A program made the position numbers and the translations under genes. A stretch of DNA of 64,000 nt from Verrucomicrobiota bacterium. Its GTDB lineage: Bacteria > Verrucomicrobiota > Verrucomicrobiia > Opitutales > Cerasicoccaceae. The stretch spans positions 64,001 to 128,000 of the forward strand of contig JBCBUK010000005.1 in the NCBI GenBank assembly GCA_039818205.1. Reading direction: 5' to 3'. The notes under the pieces are model-generated. The model was not told the origin of the DNA. It searched no databases and was given only the letters and a program-made list of their open reading frames with translations. Below are positions 37,027 through 47,767 of this stretch, piece after piece. Positions within the stretch are counted from its first letter, which is position 1. Each line of letters begins with the position of its first letter.

Positions 37027-39477
37027 ATGAAGAACCTGCTACGTACCGCAACTGCGGCAATCGCGATATTCTGTACGAATATCGCACTCGCTCAACTACC
37101 AACTGTCGATCTTGGAAACGACCTCTTCGTCGAGCTTCCGGATGATTCCGTGTATCTGGATGCCGTTCCCACGGGAGATAGCCTCGATGGCCTGACCATT
37201 GATTGGTCGCTAGTCAACGGATCTCCCGTTTCAATATCGCCGGAGCCCAGCAATCCGGCTCAGGCAATCGTCACCTTTACCGAAGTCGGGAGCTACACGA
37301 TTCAATTCACTGCGAGCGACGACCTAGGAAACTCAGTGAGCGACACGATCAACATTACCCTCAGCTGGCCAGTCGTCGAAGTCGAACAAGGCGACCAGAC
37401 ATTCACCGACCTTCCGTTCAACGACATCTACCTGTCTGCACGCATCGGAACCCTGGAAGACGACCAAGGCCAAGGCGGATTCAATGAGCCAATCAACTAC
37501 AATAGCACCGGCGTCCAATGGATTCTCGTCGAGGGGCCAGGCGAAGCGATATTCACGCCATCCGAGCAGGACGCCGCCGATGGCGATATCGTTTTGACCG
37601 AGGTTGGCACCTACCAACTCGCCCTCGAGCTCTCCTTCGGCTCACAGATCTACACCGTGCCGCACACCGTCTACCTCAACTGGCCAATCGTCGAAGTTGA
37701 ACAAGGTGCGTCCAGTGCAATTACCCTGCCGGAGAACTCCATTTACCTGTCGGCCCGTGTCTCCGACTTGGAAGATCATTTGGTTCCGGGAGAGAGCGTC
37801 AACTACGGCGACATGACCGTTGCGTGGCTGAAAACTAGCGGTCCTGGCGATGTTACAGTGACGCCGTCGATGCTTGATTCTGCCGACGCAGAACTCGAGT
37901 TCTCTGCGGCGGGCGAATACGTTGTCTCGCTCGACTTAGCCTTCGGTTCACTCGTGTTCTCGACGCCACACGATGTGACCGTCAATCCCGAGCCCGGATT
38001 CACCGATGGTGACGACGATGGTTACGAAGATAGCATTGAGATCGCTCTCGGCACCGATCCAAACGATCCCAATGACAACCCAGAATGGGTGCAGATCGAC
38101 AAACTCCGTGCAATCGATGCCAATATAAGCGACAACTACGGCTTTCGCTCCGCAATCAGTGACAACTACGTCTTGATTGGCGCCAATAAGAGCGACGTGC
38201 TCGGAACCGATAGCGGGCAGGCCTACCTCTATGATTTCAACACTGGAGAGCTGCTCTTCCAGTTAGTCGGTGACAACACGGATTCAACCGATCAATTCGG
38301 TTCCTCTGTTGCCCTAACCGATCAATACGCGGTGGTTGGCGCCATGCGGGCCGACGGCGACTCCTTTCTCACAGGCGCCGCCTACGTATTCGATGTCCAA
38401 ACGGGACAACAGCTACACCGCTTGACTGCATCGGATGCTGGCTACCAAGACTATTTCGGCAACGCCGTTGCGATCAACGGTGACACGATCATCGTCGGGG
38501 CGCGCTTGAGTGATAGCATGGGAGCAGCCTACGTCTTCAGTGCATCGACCGGCCAGGAAATCGCCAAGCTCGTTTCAAGCGATATTGCCGACGATGACCG
38601 CTTTGGCCAGGCAGTCGCCATTAGTGACTCCTACGCCCTTGTTGGTGCTCATCGCGACGACGACAATGGTAGTCGCAGCGGCAGTGCTTATCTCTTTGAA
38701 ACTGACACCTGGCAAGAAACCCACAAGCTCACTGCGCCCGACGGCGCTGCGGAAGACTTCTTCGGTTTCTCGGTTGCAGTGACCGAGGAATACGCCGCAA
38801 TTGGGGCCTTCAGAGACCGCGACGACCCGAATAACAGCGGTAGCGCCTATGTCTTCGAAACAGAGACCGGCACCTTCGCTTACAAGCTCCGTGCGGATGA
38901 CACTCAACGTGTGACCAACTTCGGTATTGCAGTTGCCGCAAGTGACAACTTTCTGCTCGTCGGATCCAACTACTGGCTCGGACAGGTCTTCGTCTACACC
39001 CTGCACGATGGGCGTAAGCTTGAAAAGTTGATGGCGACCGACGCCCAATCCAGCGACAAGTTTGGCCGCAGCCTTGGCATTCAAGGGACCCGAGTAGTCG
39101 TGGGTTCTCACGAGGATGACGATGATGGTCACTCGAGTGGCAGCGCCTATCTCTACAACCTCGAGAAGTATATCAACCAAGACCCAACCGATATCATCCT
39201 GGATACGACTAATCAAAGTCAGGATCTGACGACAAATACGTTCATCGGTCATCTGTCGACAATTGATCCCGACGCTGGTGAATCGTTCTACTACACACTC
39301 ATCAGTGGCGCCGGAGGTAGCGGCAATCGCTACTTCATGGTGCCCGGTCCAAACTACGATGAATTACACATCTCACCGTTGTTCGATCTCAACAACTTAA
39401 GCGACTACTCGATTCGGGTAATCACCACAGACTCCAAAGGCGGGACTTTCGAGAAAACCTTCACCATCACGTTCTAA
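37027..39477 (+). CDS. Secreted surface protein: PKD-like domains, acidic Ca-binding motif, FG-GAP beta-propeller, cadherin-like C-terminus
   Basis: Signal peptide; W..V.GPG domains; DGDDDGYEDSIEIALGTDP; repeated D.FG.SVA...VGA...G.AY.F; PTDIIL...TIDPDAG...YSIRV.TTDSKG. Confidence 0.85.
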   Translation: MKNLLRTATAAIAIFCTNIALAQLPTVDLGNDLFVELPDDSVYLDAVPTGDSLDGLTIDWSLVNGSPVSISPEPSNPAQAIVTFTEVGSYTIQFTASDDLGNSVSDTINITLSWPVVEVEQGDQTFTDLPFNDIYLSARIGTLEDDQGQGGFNEPINYNSTGVQWILVEGPGEAIFTPSEQDAADGDIVLTEVGTYQLALELSFGSQIYTVPHTVYLNWPIVEVEQGASSAITLPENSIYLSARVSDLEDHLVPGESVNYGDMTVAWLKTSGPGDVTVTPSMLDSADAELEFSAAGEYVVSLDLAFGSLVFSTPHDVTVNPEPGFTDGDDDGYEDSIEIALGTDPNDPNDNPEWVQIDKLRAIDANISDNYGFRSAISDNYVLIGANKSDVLGTDSGQAYLYDFNTGELLFQLVGDNTDSTDQFGSSVALTDQYAVVGAMRADGDSFLTGAAYVFDVQTGQQLHRLTASDAGYQDYFGNAVAINGDTIIVGARLSDSMGAAYVFSASTGQEIAKLVSSDIADDDRFGQAVAISDSYALVGAHRDDDNGSRSGSAYLFETDTWQETHKLTAPDGAAEDFFGFSVAVTEEYAAIGAFRDRDDPNNSGSAYVFETETGTFAYKLRADDTQRVTNFGIAVAASDNFLLVGSNYWLGQVFVYTLHDGRKLEKLMATDAQSSDKFGRSLGIQGTRVVVGSHEDDDDGHSSGSAYLYNLEKYINQDPTDIILDTTNQSQDLTTNTFIGHLSTIDPDAGESFYYTLISGAGGSGNRYFMVPGPNYDELHISPLFDLNNLSDYSIRVITTDSKGGTFEKTFTITF

Positions 39478-39527
39478 GGAAGTTCGTGGCACTTAGTCTC
39501 CTCGAAACAACTCTTGAAGACTCCGAT

Positions 39528-39559
39528 GTCGCCTCCGCCGATTGCGGGGGCGACTTTTT
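39528..39559 (+). terminator. Rho-independent terminator
   Basis: GTCGCCTCCGC-CGATT-GCGGGGGCGAC followed by TTTTT. Confidence 0.8.
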
Positions 39560-39652
39560 GTTCATAAGTGCAAACGTATCGCAAAAAAGAACCGACAAGG
39601 AACCATCCCTCGCCCGTTCACCATGAATCAAAAAAGGCTCCTTCAGCAAATC

Positions 39653-40240
39653 CTACCGGCGACCGCGAATCAAAAAAGCACCGAGTAGGCATACTGCACC
39701 AAAGAGCGCACCGTAGGTCGAGGGCTCCGGGACCGTGGTAAACGAGATCCGGTAGTCAACAACGTTCGCGGAAGTCTCTTGCAACCAAAAGGAATAATTT
39801 CCGGCCGAAAGCTCTCCAGAGCCCCCGAGCAAGTTATCCAGTATTTCTCCGGAGCTTGCATTGACTAAAACGCTTCCGTCAATATCCCCTGCTGTTTGAC
39901 CACCAAAGCTGCTTCCACTGACAAAGCCAAGAAAGCTGACATTCGGGTTGCCAGGCGAAAAGGTATAGTCCTCTACAAAAATTGAAACGACGCTCAATCC
40001 TTGGGGAATCTCGACAGTAAAATAGTCTGCATCATTGCCATTAGTCGCACCGGTATCGCCATTGTTTCCAATCTGACCAGTTACATCGACGGTTACGGGG
40101 GCAAGCGGGAACGGGATCACCGTCGGAGCGCTGAAATCGCCGGAGAAATCTCCAAATCCTATTTCGGATAGCCCATGGGCCGCGGGGTTCAGAAAAACGA
40201 CCGCAGTCGCCGCAGTCAGGGAGAAAAAGTAAGGTTTCAT
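39653..40240 (-). CDS. PEP-CTERM sorting domain protein
   Basis: Signal peptide; C-terminal VPEPSTY, TM helix and RGRR. Confidence 0.92.
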   Translation of the reverse strand: MKPYFFSLTAATAVVFLNPAAHGLSEIGFGDFSGDFSAPTVIPFPLAPVTVDVTGQIGNNGDTGATNGNDADYFTVEIPQGLSVVSIFVEDYTFSPGNPNVSFLGFVSGSSFGGQTAGDIDGSVLVNASSGEILDNLLGGSGELSAGNYSFWLQETSANVVDYRISFTTVPEPSTYGALFGAVCLLGAFLIRGRR

Positions 40241-40364
40241 TGAAGTAGTAGATTGGGATTAAATACCGAATAAACCACTTCCAGCAATAACGCGACGATG
40301 CCGAAAACGAAAGTATATTCGAGCAACGTTCTTGTGACCAAGGTCACACCAACTGAGGCGATTT

Positions 40365-41276
40365 CTAGGCCTCGCTAGCGGTCTCGGTGACCTGGGGGCT
40401 GGACTCTTCAGGACGCTTACGCGCGTAGATTTCTTTCGGCGTAAATCCCTTTTCGCGGAAACTACGCAACGCCTCACTCTCGCTACGTTTTGCCAACCGA
40501 TTCCCGGCCGAATCGCGCACCAAAGGACAGTGAAAAAAGGCGGGTGGCTTCGTCTGCAAGGCGAGATAGATCAGCAATTGTCGAGCAGTCGAGCGCAGCA
40601 AATCCGCTCCGCGAACCACCTCCGTAACCCCCATCTCAATATCATCGACAACGACGGCGAGTTCATAGGATGGAATTCCGTCCCGTCGCCATATTAAAAA
40701 GTCACCGAAGTCACGGCCGGCGACGTAACTACGTGCTCCAAAATAGCCGTCGACAAATTTGACTGCAAGGCCGTCGGGCACGCGCATCCGCCAGTTCATA
40801 TTTCCCGGCTCATCCGCCTCCAACCCTGCCCCCGGCTCCGGACGCCAAGCTGGCGGGAAAATTGGCTCACCATCCTGCTCATCTTCATCCGGCGGTGCAT
40901 ATTGGGCCAGACCAGCCTGAGCGGCATTGGTCAGCTCCTTACGAGAGCGGGTCGTCGGATAGATAAATCCGCTTGCCTTCAGCTTTTCCCAAGCCTTCAG
41001 GTAGTGCTTTTTACGCTCGCTCTGGCGAAACGGTCCCCGTGGACCGCCAATATCAGGACCTTGGTCCCATTCGATCCCGAGCCAGCGAATGTCCTCAAGT
41101 GCGGCTTCCGAAAACTCCGGCCGGCAACGCTGCGGATCCAAATCCTCATCCCGATAAAGCAATTCGCCACCACGCTTTTGCGCACGCTTCCAGGCCACGA
41201 TGAACGTCTGCCCGTGCCCGCGATGCAGGTAACCAGTCGGCGTCGGGGCAACACGGCCTATGTAGGGACTGGACAT
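40365..41276 (-). CDS. gluQ: Glutamyl-Q tRNA(Asp) synthetase
   Basis: GRVAPTPTGYLHRGH, RDEDLD, GDF..RRDG..SYELAVVVDD...VVRGADLL, RLAKR; lacks the anticodon-binding domain. Confidence 0.88.
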   Translation of the reverse strand: MSSPYIGRVAPTPTGYLHRGHGQTFIVAWKRAQKRGGELLYRDEDLDPQRCRPEFSEAALEDIRWLGIEWDQGPDIGGPRGPFRQSERKKHYLKAWEKLKASGFIYPTTRSRKELTNAAQAGLAQYAPPDEDEQDGEPIFPPAWRPEPGAGLEADEPGNMNWRMRVPDGLAVKFVDGYFGARSYVAGRDFGDFLIWRRDGIPSYELAVVVDDIEMGVTEVVRGADLLRSTARQLLIYLALQTKPPAFFHCPLVRDSAGNRLAKRSESEALRSFREKGFTPKEIYARKRPEESSPQVTETASEA

Positions 41277-41436
41277 AGCGATACGAGGAAGGTCGGAAGG
41301 TAAGGTTGGAAAAGACTCACCTAAGGTAATCGAACGAAGCCGATTCTCATTAAGCGATGATCAAAAATACTGAATGAAATTCCCTATGGCAAGGGAATAG
41401 CCCTGACACCTAATATTCGGTAAACGGGCAATTTGC

Positions 41437-41955
41437 CTACTTCTTCTCAACCTGATCTTTCCAGTCGTCAGGATTTCGGTATTTCACCGTTTGGATGTGC
41501 TCTGCATAGAGTGCTAGCTCGCCCTCCCCTTTGAAAATTTCATAACTAACACGGATCAGACCCATCTCCGCGTACTTTGGGCGTTTTTCCAGGTGGGTAC
41601 GAATCGTGTAGATCGTGTCACCGATGAACACGGGCTTGATGAAACGGAGCTTATCATACCCGTAGCTAAAGGTATTAGTGTTGTTGTTGGCCATCAAACC
41701 AAGACCATAAGAGAAAACCTGCGCCCCAGATACCAAGCGCTTACCAAACATACCCTCTTCCTTAGCGAATTTCTCGTCACCAACGTATGGATGCATGTCC
41801 AAAACGAGTGAATTGAAGAGCATCGATTCACCCTCAGAAATGGTGCGGCGAATGGAGCGTTTTTTCTCCCCGACAACAAAGTCTTCGTACATCCACGTTT
41901 CCGTGTTGTAGAGCTCTACTGAGGAGTGGTTTTCGGGAGGGGTTGATTCAGGCAT
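41437..41955 (-). CDS. MaoC-family dehydratase (hotdog fold)
   Basis: YEDFVVG...RRTISEGE...DMHP...FGKRLVSG...[18 protein letters not shown]. Confidence 0.9.
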   Translation of the reverse strand: MPESTPPENHSSVELYNTETWMYEDFVVGEKKRSIRRTISEGESMLFNSLVLDMHPYVGDEKFAKEEGMFGKRLVSGAQVFSYGLGLMANNNTNTFSYGYDKLRFIKPVFIGDTIYTIRTHLEKRPKYAEMGLIRVSYEIFKGEGELALYAEHIQTVKYRNPDDWKDQVEKK

Positions 41956-42111
41956 AATATAATCGGTTGTTACACAGCAATCGATGACTGATCACTTTAC
42001 GCTTTACAATGTAATTTTCAGTAGAGACCCCAAGCACATACACTCAGCGCGCTACAAAAATTACCCCACGATTAGCTTGAAAAATAGCACTGATAAGACT
42101 ATGTTTTCACC

Positions 42112-42348
42112 ATGGAATCGACGTCAGGGCTTCAATTGCCAACATCACTACTGCGTCGCCTCCGCTTCCGCGCGAAGCGTGATAATCGTTCAATGCAATC
42201 TGAACTGATTCACTGTCTGTATCTCGGGCTTCAGCTCAAGGTTGAACCCGAAAGCTTCCTGGAACAAGCCCGCCGCCTGCGACAGCAATGTCATGGCGTC
42301 CTTACCGAGGAAATTTACGAAGAAACCCTCAACGATGGACACCCCTAG
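42112..42348 (+). CDS. Arc/FitA-like ribbon-helix-helix protein
   Basis: LPTSLLRRLRFRAKRDNRSMQSELIHCL RHH pattern. Confidence 0.6.
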   Translation: MESTSGLQLPTSLLRRLRFRAKRDNRSMQSELIHCLYLGLQLKVEPESFLEQARRLRQQCHGVLTEEIYEETLNDGHP

Positions 42349-42364
42349 CCCGCCCCGTTAAGAA

Positions 42365-43300
42365 TCATTGAATCAAATCCTCATCGGTGCAGCGCCCCGA
42401 CTCAAACTGCAGCGTCACGTGAGTGATCTCAAATTTATCGTGTAGCAGGTCTTCGATCTCATCCGCGAGGCAAGCGGTATCGCTAACCATACGATCCTCA
42501 ATATTCACGTGTGCTTCCAGGTGAATGTTCTGGTCGTTAAGGGACCAGACATGAACATGGTGGATGCCTTTGACATTCTCCACGCCTTCGACCGCTTCCG
42601 CAATCGCTTTGATTTCTAGATTATCCGGGACCCCCATCATGAGGATGCGGAGTGACTCACGCACAATCGCCCAGCTCTCCTTGATGAGCCAAAGCGAAAT
42701 CAATACCGTGACGAGCGGATCGATCCACGAAAAACTGGGGCCAAGAACCATGATGGCGATACCGGCGAGGATGACTCCGATGCTCACCACCGCATCACTG
42801 AGCACATGAAGATACGCCGAGCGCATGTTGATGTTATCTTGAGCTCCTTTGTGCAGTAAGAACGCATTGATTATATTCGCGACTAGGCCGATTGTCGCGA
42901 CGCCGATCATCACCCCGGCCGCCACACTGTCTGGCTCGACAAAGCGATGAGCCGCTTCGAACAGGAGCCAAATACTGATCCCAATTAGCACGCCAGCGTT
43001 CATCACCGCGGCAACGATCTCGGCGCGCTTAAGCCCGAAGGTATGCTTTTCGGTCCCAGGCTTTTCGCCCAGTTTTACGGCAATAAAGCTCGCAACCAAC
43101 GCCACCGCATCCGTCGCCGTGTGAAGCGCATCCGACATCAACGCCAGCGACCCCGAAATAATCCCGCCAATGATCTGCGCTGCGGTAATGATCAGGCTGA
43201 TGCCTAGCGCCTGCAGAAGGCGTTGCTTGGGAACGCCGCGAGCCGAGTGCGAATGTCCCTCATGCGAGTGCGCATTGTGATCATGGTGGTGATGTCCCAT
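42365..43300 (-). CDS. Cation diffusion facilitator (CzcD/ZitB-like) Zn/Co/Cd exporter
   Basis: His-rich N-terminus, SLALMSDALHTATD, NMRSAYLHVLSD, HHVHVWSL, HVTLQFE. Confidence 0.95.
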   Translation of the reverse strand: MGHHHHDHNAHSHEGHSHSARGVPKQRLLQALGISLIITAAQIIGGIISGSLALMSDALHTATDAVALVASFIAVKLGEKPGTEKHTFGLKRAEIVAAVMNAGVLIGISIWLLFEAAHRFVEPDSVAAGVMIGVATIGLVANIINAFLLHKGAQDNINMRSAYLHVLSDAVVSIGVILAGIAIMVLGPSFSWIDPLVTVLISLWLIKESWAIVRESLRILMMGVPDNLEIKAIAEAVEGVENVKGIHHVHVWSLNDQNIHLEAHVNIEDRMVSDTACLADEIEDLLHDKFEITHVTLQFESGRCTDEDLIQ

Positions 43301-43414
43301 CGGCGCGAAGCTTGCGAAAAATACTACTTATGGCGATACCGAAATGCCTCCCCCTTCGCAGGATACGACACTACCGTCTTGACCTCAGCCAATGCCATGT
43401 TGCCATTAAGAACA

Positions 43415-43828
43415 ATGCCACTGACGCTGAAACGACGCGAACGCACGCCCGAGGATTTTCAAATCGCTCCGATGATCGATATGGTTTTCCTACTACTCGT
43501 TTTCTTCATGTGTGTATCGTCTTTGGCCCAAGCCGACCGCACTCAATCGGTCGATCTGGCAAAATCAGCAGAGAGTAAACAGTCCTCCGCCAACGCGGAT
43601 CGCGGGACGCTAACGATCGACTCCCAAGGGCGGATTTTCCTTGGCGAAAAACCATCGAGTATCGACGAAGTAAAGTTGGTAGTCCAAAAGTCCATTCATG
43701 AAAATCCGTCCCTCAAGATCGTGATCCGGGCCGATCGCCAAACACACTATCGGGACATCAAACAAGTGCTGGAGGCCTGCGCGGAAGTTGGTGCTCACCA
43801 GGTAGCCTTCGCCACCGTTCCAGATTAA
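43415..43828 (+). CDS. exbD: ExbD/TolR family protein
   Basis: IAPMIDMVFLLLVFFM; IRADRQTHY. Confidence 0.9.
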   Translation: MPLTLKRRERTPEDFQIAPMIDMVFLLLVFFMCVSSLAQADRTQSVDLAKSAESKQSSANADRGTLTIDSQGRIFLGEKPSSIDEVKLVVQKSIHENPSLKIVIRADRQTHYRDIKQVLEACAEVGAHQVAFATVPD

Positions 43829-43830
43829 TT

Positions 43831-44295
43831 ATGATCCGCCTGAAAAAGAAGATGCCAGATCGGGCGGTATTTCCTATCGCGCCCATGATCGATTGTGTCT
43901 TCCTGCTCATGGTTTACTTCATGCTCGCCACCACGTGGAACGATCAGGAGCGCGACCTCGCATTCGAATTGCCTGGCATAGTCGAGCAATCGGAGCCCTT
44001 GCACATGCCCGATGAGCAGACTATCGAGCTCACTGCAGGGGGCCAAGCCCTTGTCAACGGTTATGCCTACGACTCCCCCACCGACGAGCGCTACGCGCAA
44101 TTGAAAACAGTGTTGACACGGCTCAAACAAAGTAACGACGCCAACAAGACCGCGGCCCAAATCACCATTGCTCCGGCCGAGGGCACCGCACATCAGGCGA
44201 TTGTTAAGGTTATGGATGCAGCCCAGAACGCCGGAATCGAAACGATAAATTTTTCCCTGGATAGTGACACGATCATCGATGTAGTACGGGATTAA
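43831..44295 (+). CDS. exbD: ExbD/TolR family protein
   Basis: [29 protein letters not shown]. Confidence 0.9.
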   Translation: MIRLKKKMPDRAVFPIAPMIDCVFLLMVYFMLATTWNDQERDLAFELPGIVEQSEPLHMPDEQTIELTAGGQALVNGYAYDSPTDERYAQLKTVLTRLKQSNDANKTAAQITIAPAEGTAHQAIVKVMDAAQNAGIETINFSLDSDTIIDVVRD

Positions 44296-44332
44296 ATTGC
44301 ACCACAGGGCAGCAGCCATCAAGATGCCGACC

Positions 44333-46069
44333 ATGGACAAATCTGAGATTGTCGCCGTATTAGAATCGATTGCTGAATTGCTGGAACTGAAAGGAGAGAA
44401 TCCTTTCAAGGTCCGCGCCTACCAATCGGGTGCCCGTGCATTGGAAAGCCTCGAAGAAGACGTCAGCGCAGTGATCGCAGAAGAGCGGCTCGGCAAAATT
44501 AAGGGAATTGGCAAAGCCCTCGTCGATAAGATTACGACGCTGCATGAGAGCGGCCAGCTGAACTATTTTGATGAATTGAAAGCCTCCGTTCCCGAAGGCC
44601 TTGTCGAGATGCTTTCGATTCCTGGGTTAGGGCCCAAGAAGATAAAGAAGCTCTACGACCTTCTCGAAATCGACAGTATCGACCGCCTACAGCAAGCCTG
44701 CGAAATGGGTGAGGTCGCCGATCTCGATGGATTCGGAGCAAAAACCGAGCACAAAATTTTGACCGGAATCAAGAACCGGGTTGCCTACCAGGCACGCCAC
44801 CATTGGTGGGATGCACAAACGACTTCGGAACCGATTTTGGAAGGCTTACGTGAACTCGATGACGTCGAACAAGCGGAGGCCGCTGGCAGCCTTCGGCGCA
44901 AGCGAGAAACCGTGGGAGATCTGGACTTCATCGTCGCATCCAACAATCCGCAGCCGGTTATGGATTGGTTCATCAACCTGGATGGCGTCGAGGAGGTGAC
45001 CGCACACGGCAACACAAAATCAAGCGTTCGATTCACCGATGGCCTCCAGGCGGACTTACGGGTTGTTCCTCCCGAACAATTTGCTTTTGCACTCCTACAC
45101 TTTACAGGGAGTAAAGACCACAATGTCCGCATGCGCCAACGCGCACTCGAGCGGGGACTCTCGCTCTCGGAATGGGGCCTTTTCGAAAAAGGCAGCGACA
45201 GCAACGACGCCCGTGAATCCGTTATCCACGCTAAATCAGAATCCGAGATCTACGCAAAACTTGATCTGCGTTTCGTGCCACCCGAACTGCGCGAAGACCG
45301 AGGTGAGATCGAGCAGGGAGAAACGGACGACTTCCCCCGTTTGCTTGAGGAATGCGACATTCGTGGCCTCTTCCACAACCACACGACAGCAAGTGATGGG
45401 CAGAACACCCTGGCGGAAATGACCAAGGCCTGCGACGAGCTCGGTATGGAGTATCTCGGCATATCCGACCATTCGAAGTCCAGCTTCCAGGCGAGCGGTC
45501 TCGACGAAGATCGGCTCCTGGCACAGATCCAGGACATTCGCCAACTCAACGAGAGTAAGAAATTCAAGTGCCATGTATTCGCCGGAAGCGAGGTCGATAT
45601 TTTGCGCGATGGTTCACTGGACTTCGCAGACGATATCCTCGCCCAACTCGACTACGTCGTTGCCTCCGTTCACAACTCATTTGGCCTGGCAGAAGACGAG
45701 ATGACGGACCGGATCATTAAGGCGATCGAAAACGAGAACGTAACGATGTTGGGCCATATGACTGGCCGACTCCTACTACGCCGGGAAGCCTACGCGGTAA
45801 ACATCCCAAAGGTTATCGATGCAGCGATCGCCAACCAGACGATTATCGAACTCAACGCTAATCCCTGGCGGCTGGACATGGATTGGCGTCACTGGCGGCA
45901 GGCTAGCGACCGTGGACTTCTGTGCTCCATCAACCCCGATGCGCACAATACCGGTGGCCTGGCATTTTTCGTTGCGGGAGTCAATGTGGCTCGCAAAGGC
46001 TGGCTAACTCGCGAGAAGGTCCTCAATTGCCGTTCAGTTGAGGACGTTCAGGCCTATTTTAAGCAGTAG
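44333..46069 (+). CDS. polX: DNA polymerase X with PHP domain
   Basis: [10 protein letters not shown], Hh[52 protein letters not shown]. Confidence 0.96.
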   Translation: MDKSEIVAVLESIAELLELKGENPFKVRAYQSGARALESLEEDVSAVIAEERLGKIKGIGKALVDKITTLHESGQLNYFDELKASVPEGLVEMLSIPGLGPKKIKKLYDLLEIDSIDRLQQACEMGEVADLDGFGAKTEHKILTGIKNRVAYQARHHWWDAQTTSEPILEGLRELDDVEQAEAAGSLRRKRETVGDLDFIVASNNPQPVMDWFINLDGVEEVTAHGNTKSSVRFTDGLQADLRVVPPEQFAFALLHFTGSKDHNVRMRQRALERGLSLSEWGLFEKGSDSNDARESVIHAKSESEIYAKLDLRFVPPELREDRGEIEQGETDDFPRLLEECDIRGLFHNHTTASDGQNTLAEMTKACDELGMEYLGISDHSKSSFQASGLDEDRLLAQIQDIRQLNESKKFKCHVFAGSEVDILRDGSLDFADDILAQLDYVVASVHNSFGLAEDEMTDRIIKAIENENVTMLGHMTGRLLLRREAYAVNIPKVIDAAIANQTIIELNANPWRLDMDWRHWRQASDRGLLCSINPDAHNTGGLAFFVAGVNVARKGWLTREKVLNCRSVEDVQAYFKQ

Positions 46070-46222
46070 GAAGAGCGACGAACTTGCTCACGTTACAGAA
46101 CCGTTAGATTTCCGTAACGGAACGGAATCCCTCTTGTCAGTCGTACGCTGGCGAACTTAGCTGATTTAGTCCTATCGTTACTTCACGCGTAGGGCCTACG
46201 ACTTCAAAACAGCTACGAGACC

Positions 46223-47767
46223 GTGTCCTCATCAGATATTCCACCACTGGTCCCCGACCCGGAGCAGCCCTCAAAGCACCGCACGGTGCAGGACTACATT
46301 GATGAGCGCCCGGTTTGGGCCGATGGCACCGAAACGCCAACGACTCCGATGACTCCGATGCAGTGGCGCATATGGTTGTTGGCGATTGCGGGGAAGTTTT
46401 TCGAAGGAATGATCGTCTTTATGACGGGTGTCGCCCTGCCCCTCATATCCCAAGAGTTTAGTTTGGAAGCCTCGGACAAAGGCTTCGTCACCGCAGCCAG
46501 TCTCGCCGGAATTCTCGTTGGTGCATCTGCCTTAGGCGGACTTTCCGATTTCCTCGGTCGCAAGAAGATGTTCATCGTCGAGATGATTATCTTCACGGTC
46601 TTTTTGATCGCGCTATCTTTGGCACCCAATTTTCCGATGCTGGTGCTTTTCCTTTTCGGAGTCGGCATCGCACTAGGATGCGACTACCCCACAGCGCACC
46701 TCGTCATCTCGGAAAGTATCCCGACACTGATGCGTGGGCGGCTCGTCCTGGGTGCCTTTGCGTTTCAAGCCGTGGGCGCGCTCGTTGGCACCATCATCGG
46801 ATGCATCATTTTACTCAAAGCCCCCGAAGTCCAGGCGTGGCGCTATATGTACGCGACCGCGATAATACCGGCGATCCTCGTGATCGTTGGGCGCTTCTTC
46901 ATCACCGACAGCCCCCACTGGTTGCTGTCGCGCGGCCGCGTGGAGGACGCAGAAAAAGAAACCCACCAACTATTAAAGCGCCACCCGCAGTATCCCAAGT
47001 TTGTCCGTTTGTTCAACCCGCACAAAGGCGAGAAAGCCAAGCCGAAAGCTCACTACGGCATGCTATTCAACAAAGACAATCGGAAGGCCACTATTCTTGC
47101 TTCAGTTCCATGGTTCTTGCAGGACCTGAGCACCTACGGTATCGGCATTTTTACGCCAACGATTCTCGCGACTCTGATTGGGCAGAAATCCGACGAAAAT
47201 ACGCTGAAAGACATTATCCACAATGACATGCTGGCGGCCGAAGGGTCGGCCATTATGGATTTGCTCTTTGTTTTCGGTATTCTCTTCGCGATCTTCCTGG
47301 TGGACAAGGTAGGGCGGATCAAGCTCCAGGTGGTAGGCTTCATCGGCTGCGCGCTTGGGCTTTTCCTGGCGGCACTTTCAATGAACTCGGATGGTAGCCA
47401 CAACATGGTCCTGCTTTTCGCGGGTTTCATGCTCTTCTTCTTCATGACCAATCTCGGCCCCAACGCGATGACCTACCTGCTGGCCGGCGAGGTCTTTCCG
47501 ACTCAGGTGCGTGGCATGGGCGCGGGATTCGCCGCGTCGTTTGCCAAAATTGGCGCCGTGTTGACCGCGTTCCTGTTCCCCATTTTACTCACGGACATTG
47601 GTACGCAGCAATTACTCTTCGGGCTGGTCGGCGCTTCGATACTGGGTGCCATTGTGACTTTCATATTCGCCATTGAAACCAAGGGACTCAAACTCGATGA
47701 GATTGGGCAAAAGCCGACCGATGAAGAGATCGATCGAGAACGCGAAGCGGATGCTGACCTAGTCTAG
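46223..47767 (+). CDS. MFS transporter (sugar/metabolite:H+ family)
   Basis: GGLSDFLGRKK, GCDYP, VDKVGR, GEVFPTQVRG, ETKG. Confidence 0.92.
   Translation: MSSSDIPPLVPDPEQPSKHRTVQDYIDERPVWADGTETPTTPMTPMQWRIWLLAIAGKFFEGMIVFMTGVALPLISQEFSLEASDKGFVTAASLAGILVGASALGGLSDFLGRKKMFIVEMIIFTVFLIALSLAPNFPMLVLFLFGVGIALGCDYPTAHLVISESIPTLMRGRLVLGAFAFQAVGALVGTIIGCIILLKAPEVQAWRYMYATAIIPAILVIVGRFFITDSPHWLLSRGRVEDAEKETHQLLKRHPQYPKFVRLFNPHKGEKAKPKAHYGMLFNKDNRKATILASVPWFLQDLSTYGIGIFTPTILATLIGQKSDENTLKDIIHNDMLAAEGSAIMDLLFVFGILFAIFLVDKVGRIKLQVVGFIGCALGLFLAALSMNSDGSHNMVLLFAGFMLFFFMTNLGPNAMTYLLAGEVFPTQVRGMGAGFAASFAKIGAVLTAFLFPILLTDIGTQQLLFGLVGASILGAIVTFIFAIETKGLKLDEIGQKPTDEEIDREREADADLV

Noticed and set aside
46139..46203. 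Purine riboswitch
   Set aside because: The P1-like TCGTA/TACGA is present, but the conserved loop and junction sequences (TATGG, TTTCTACC, CCGTAAA) are not.
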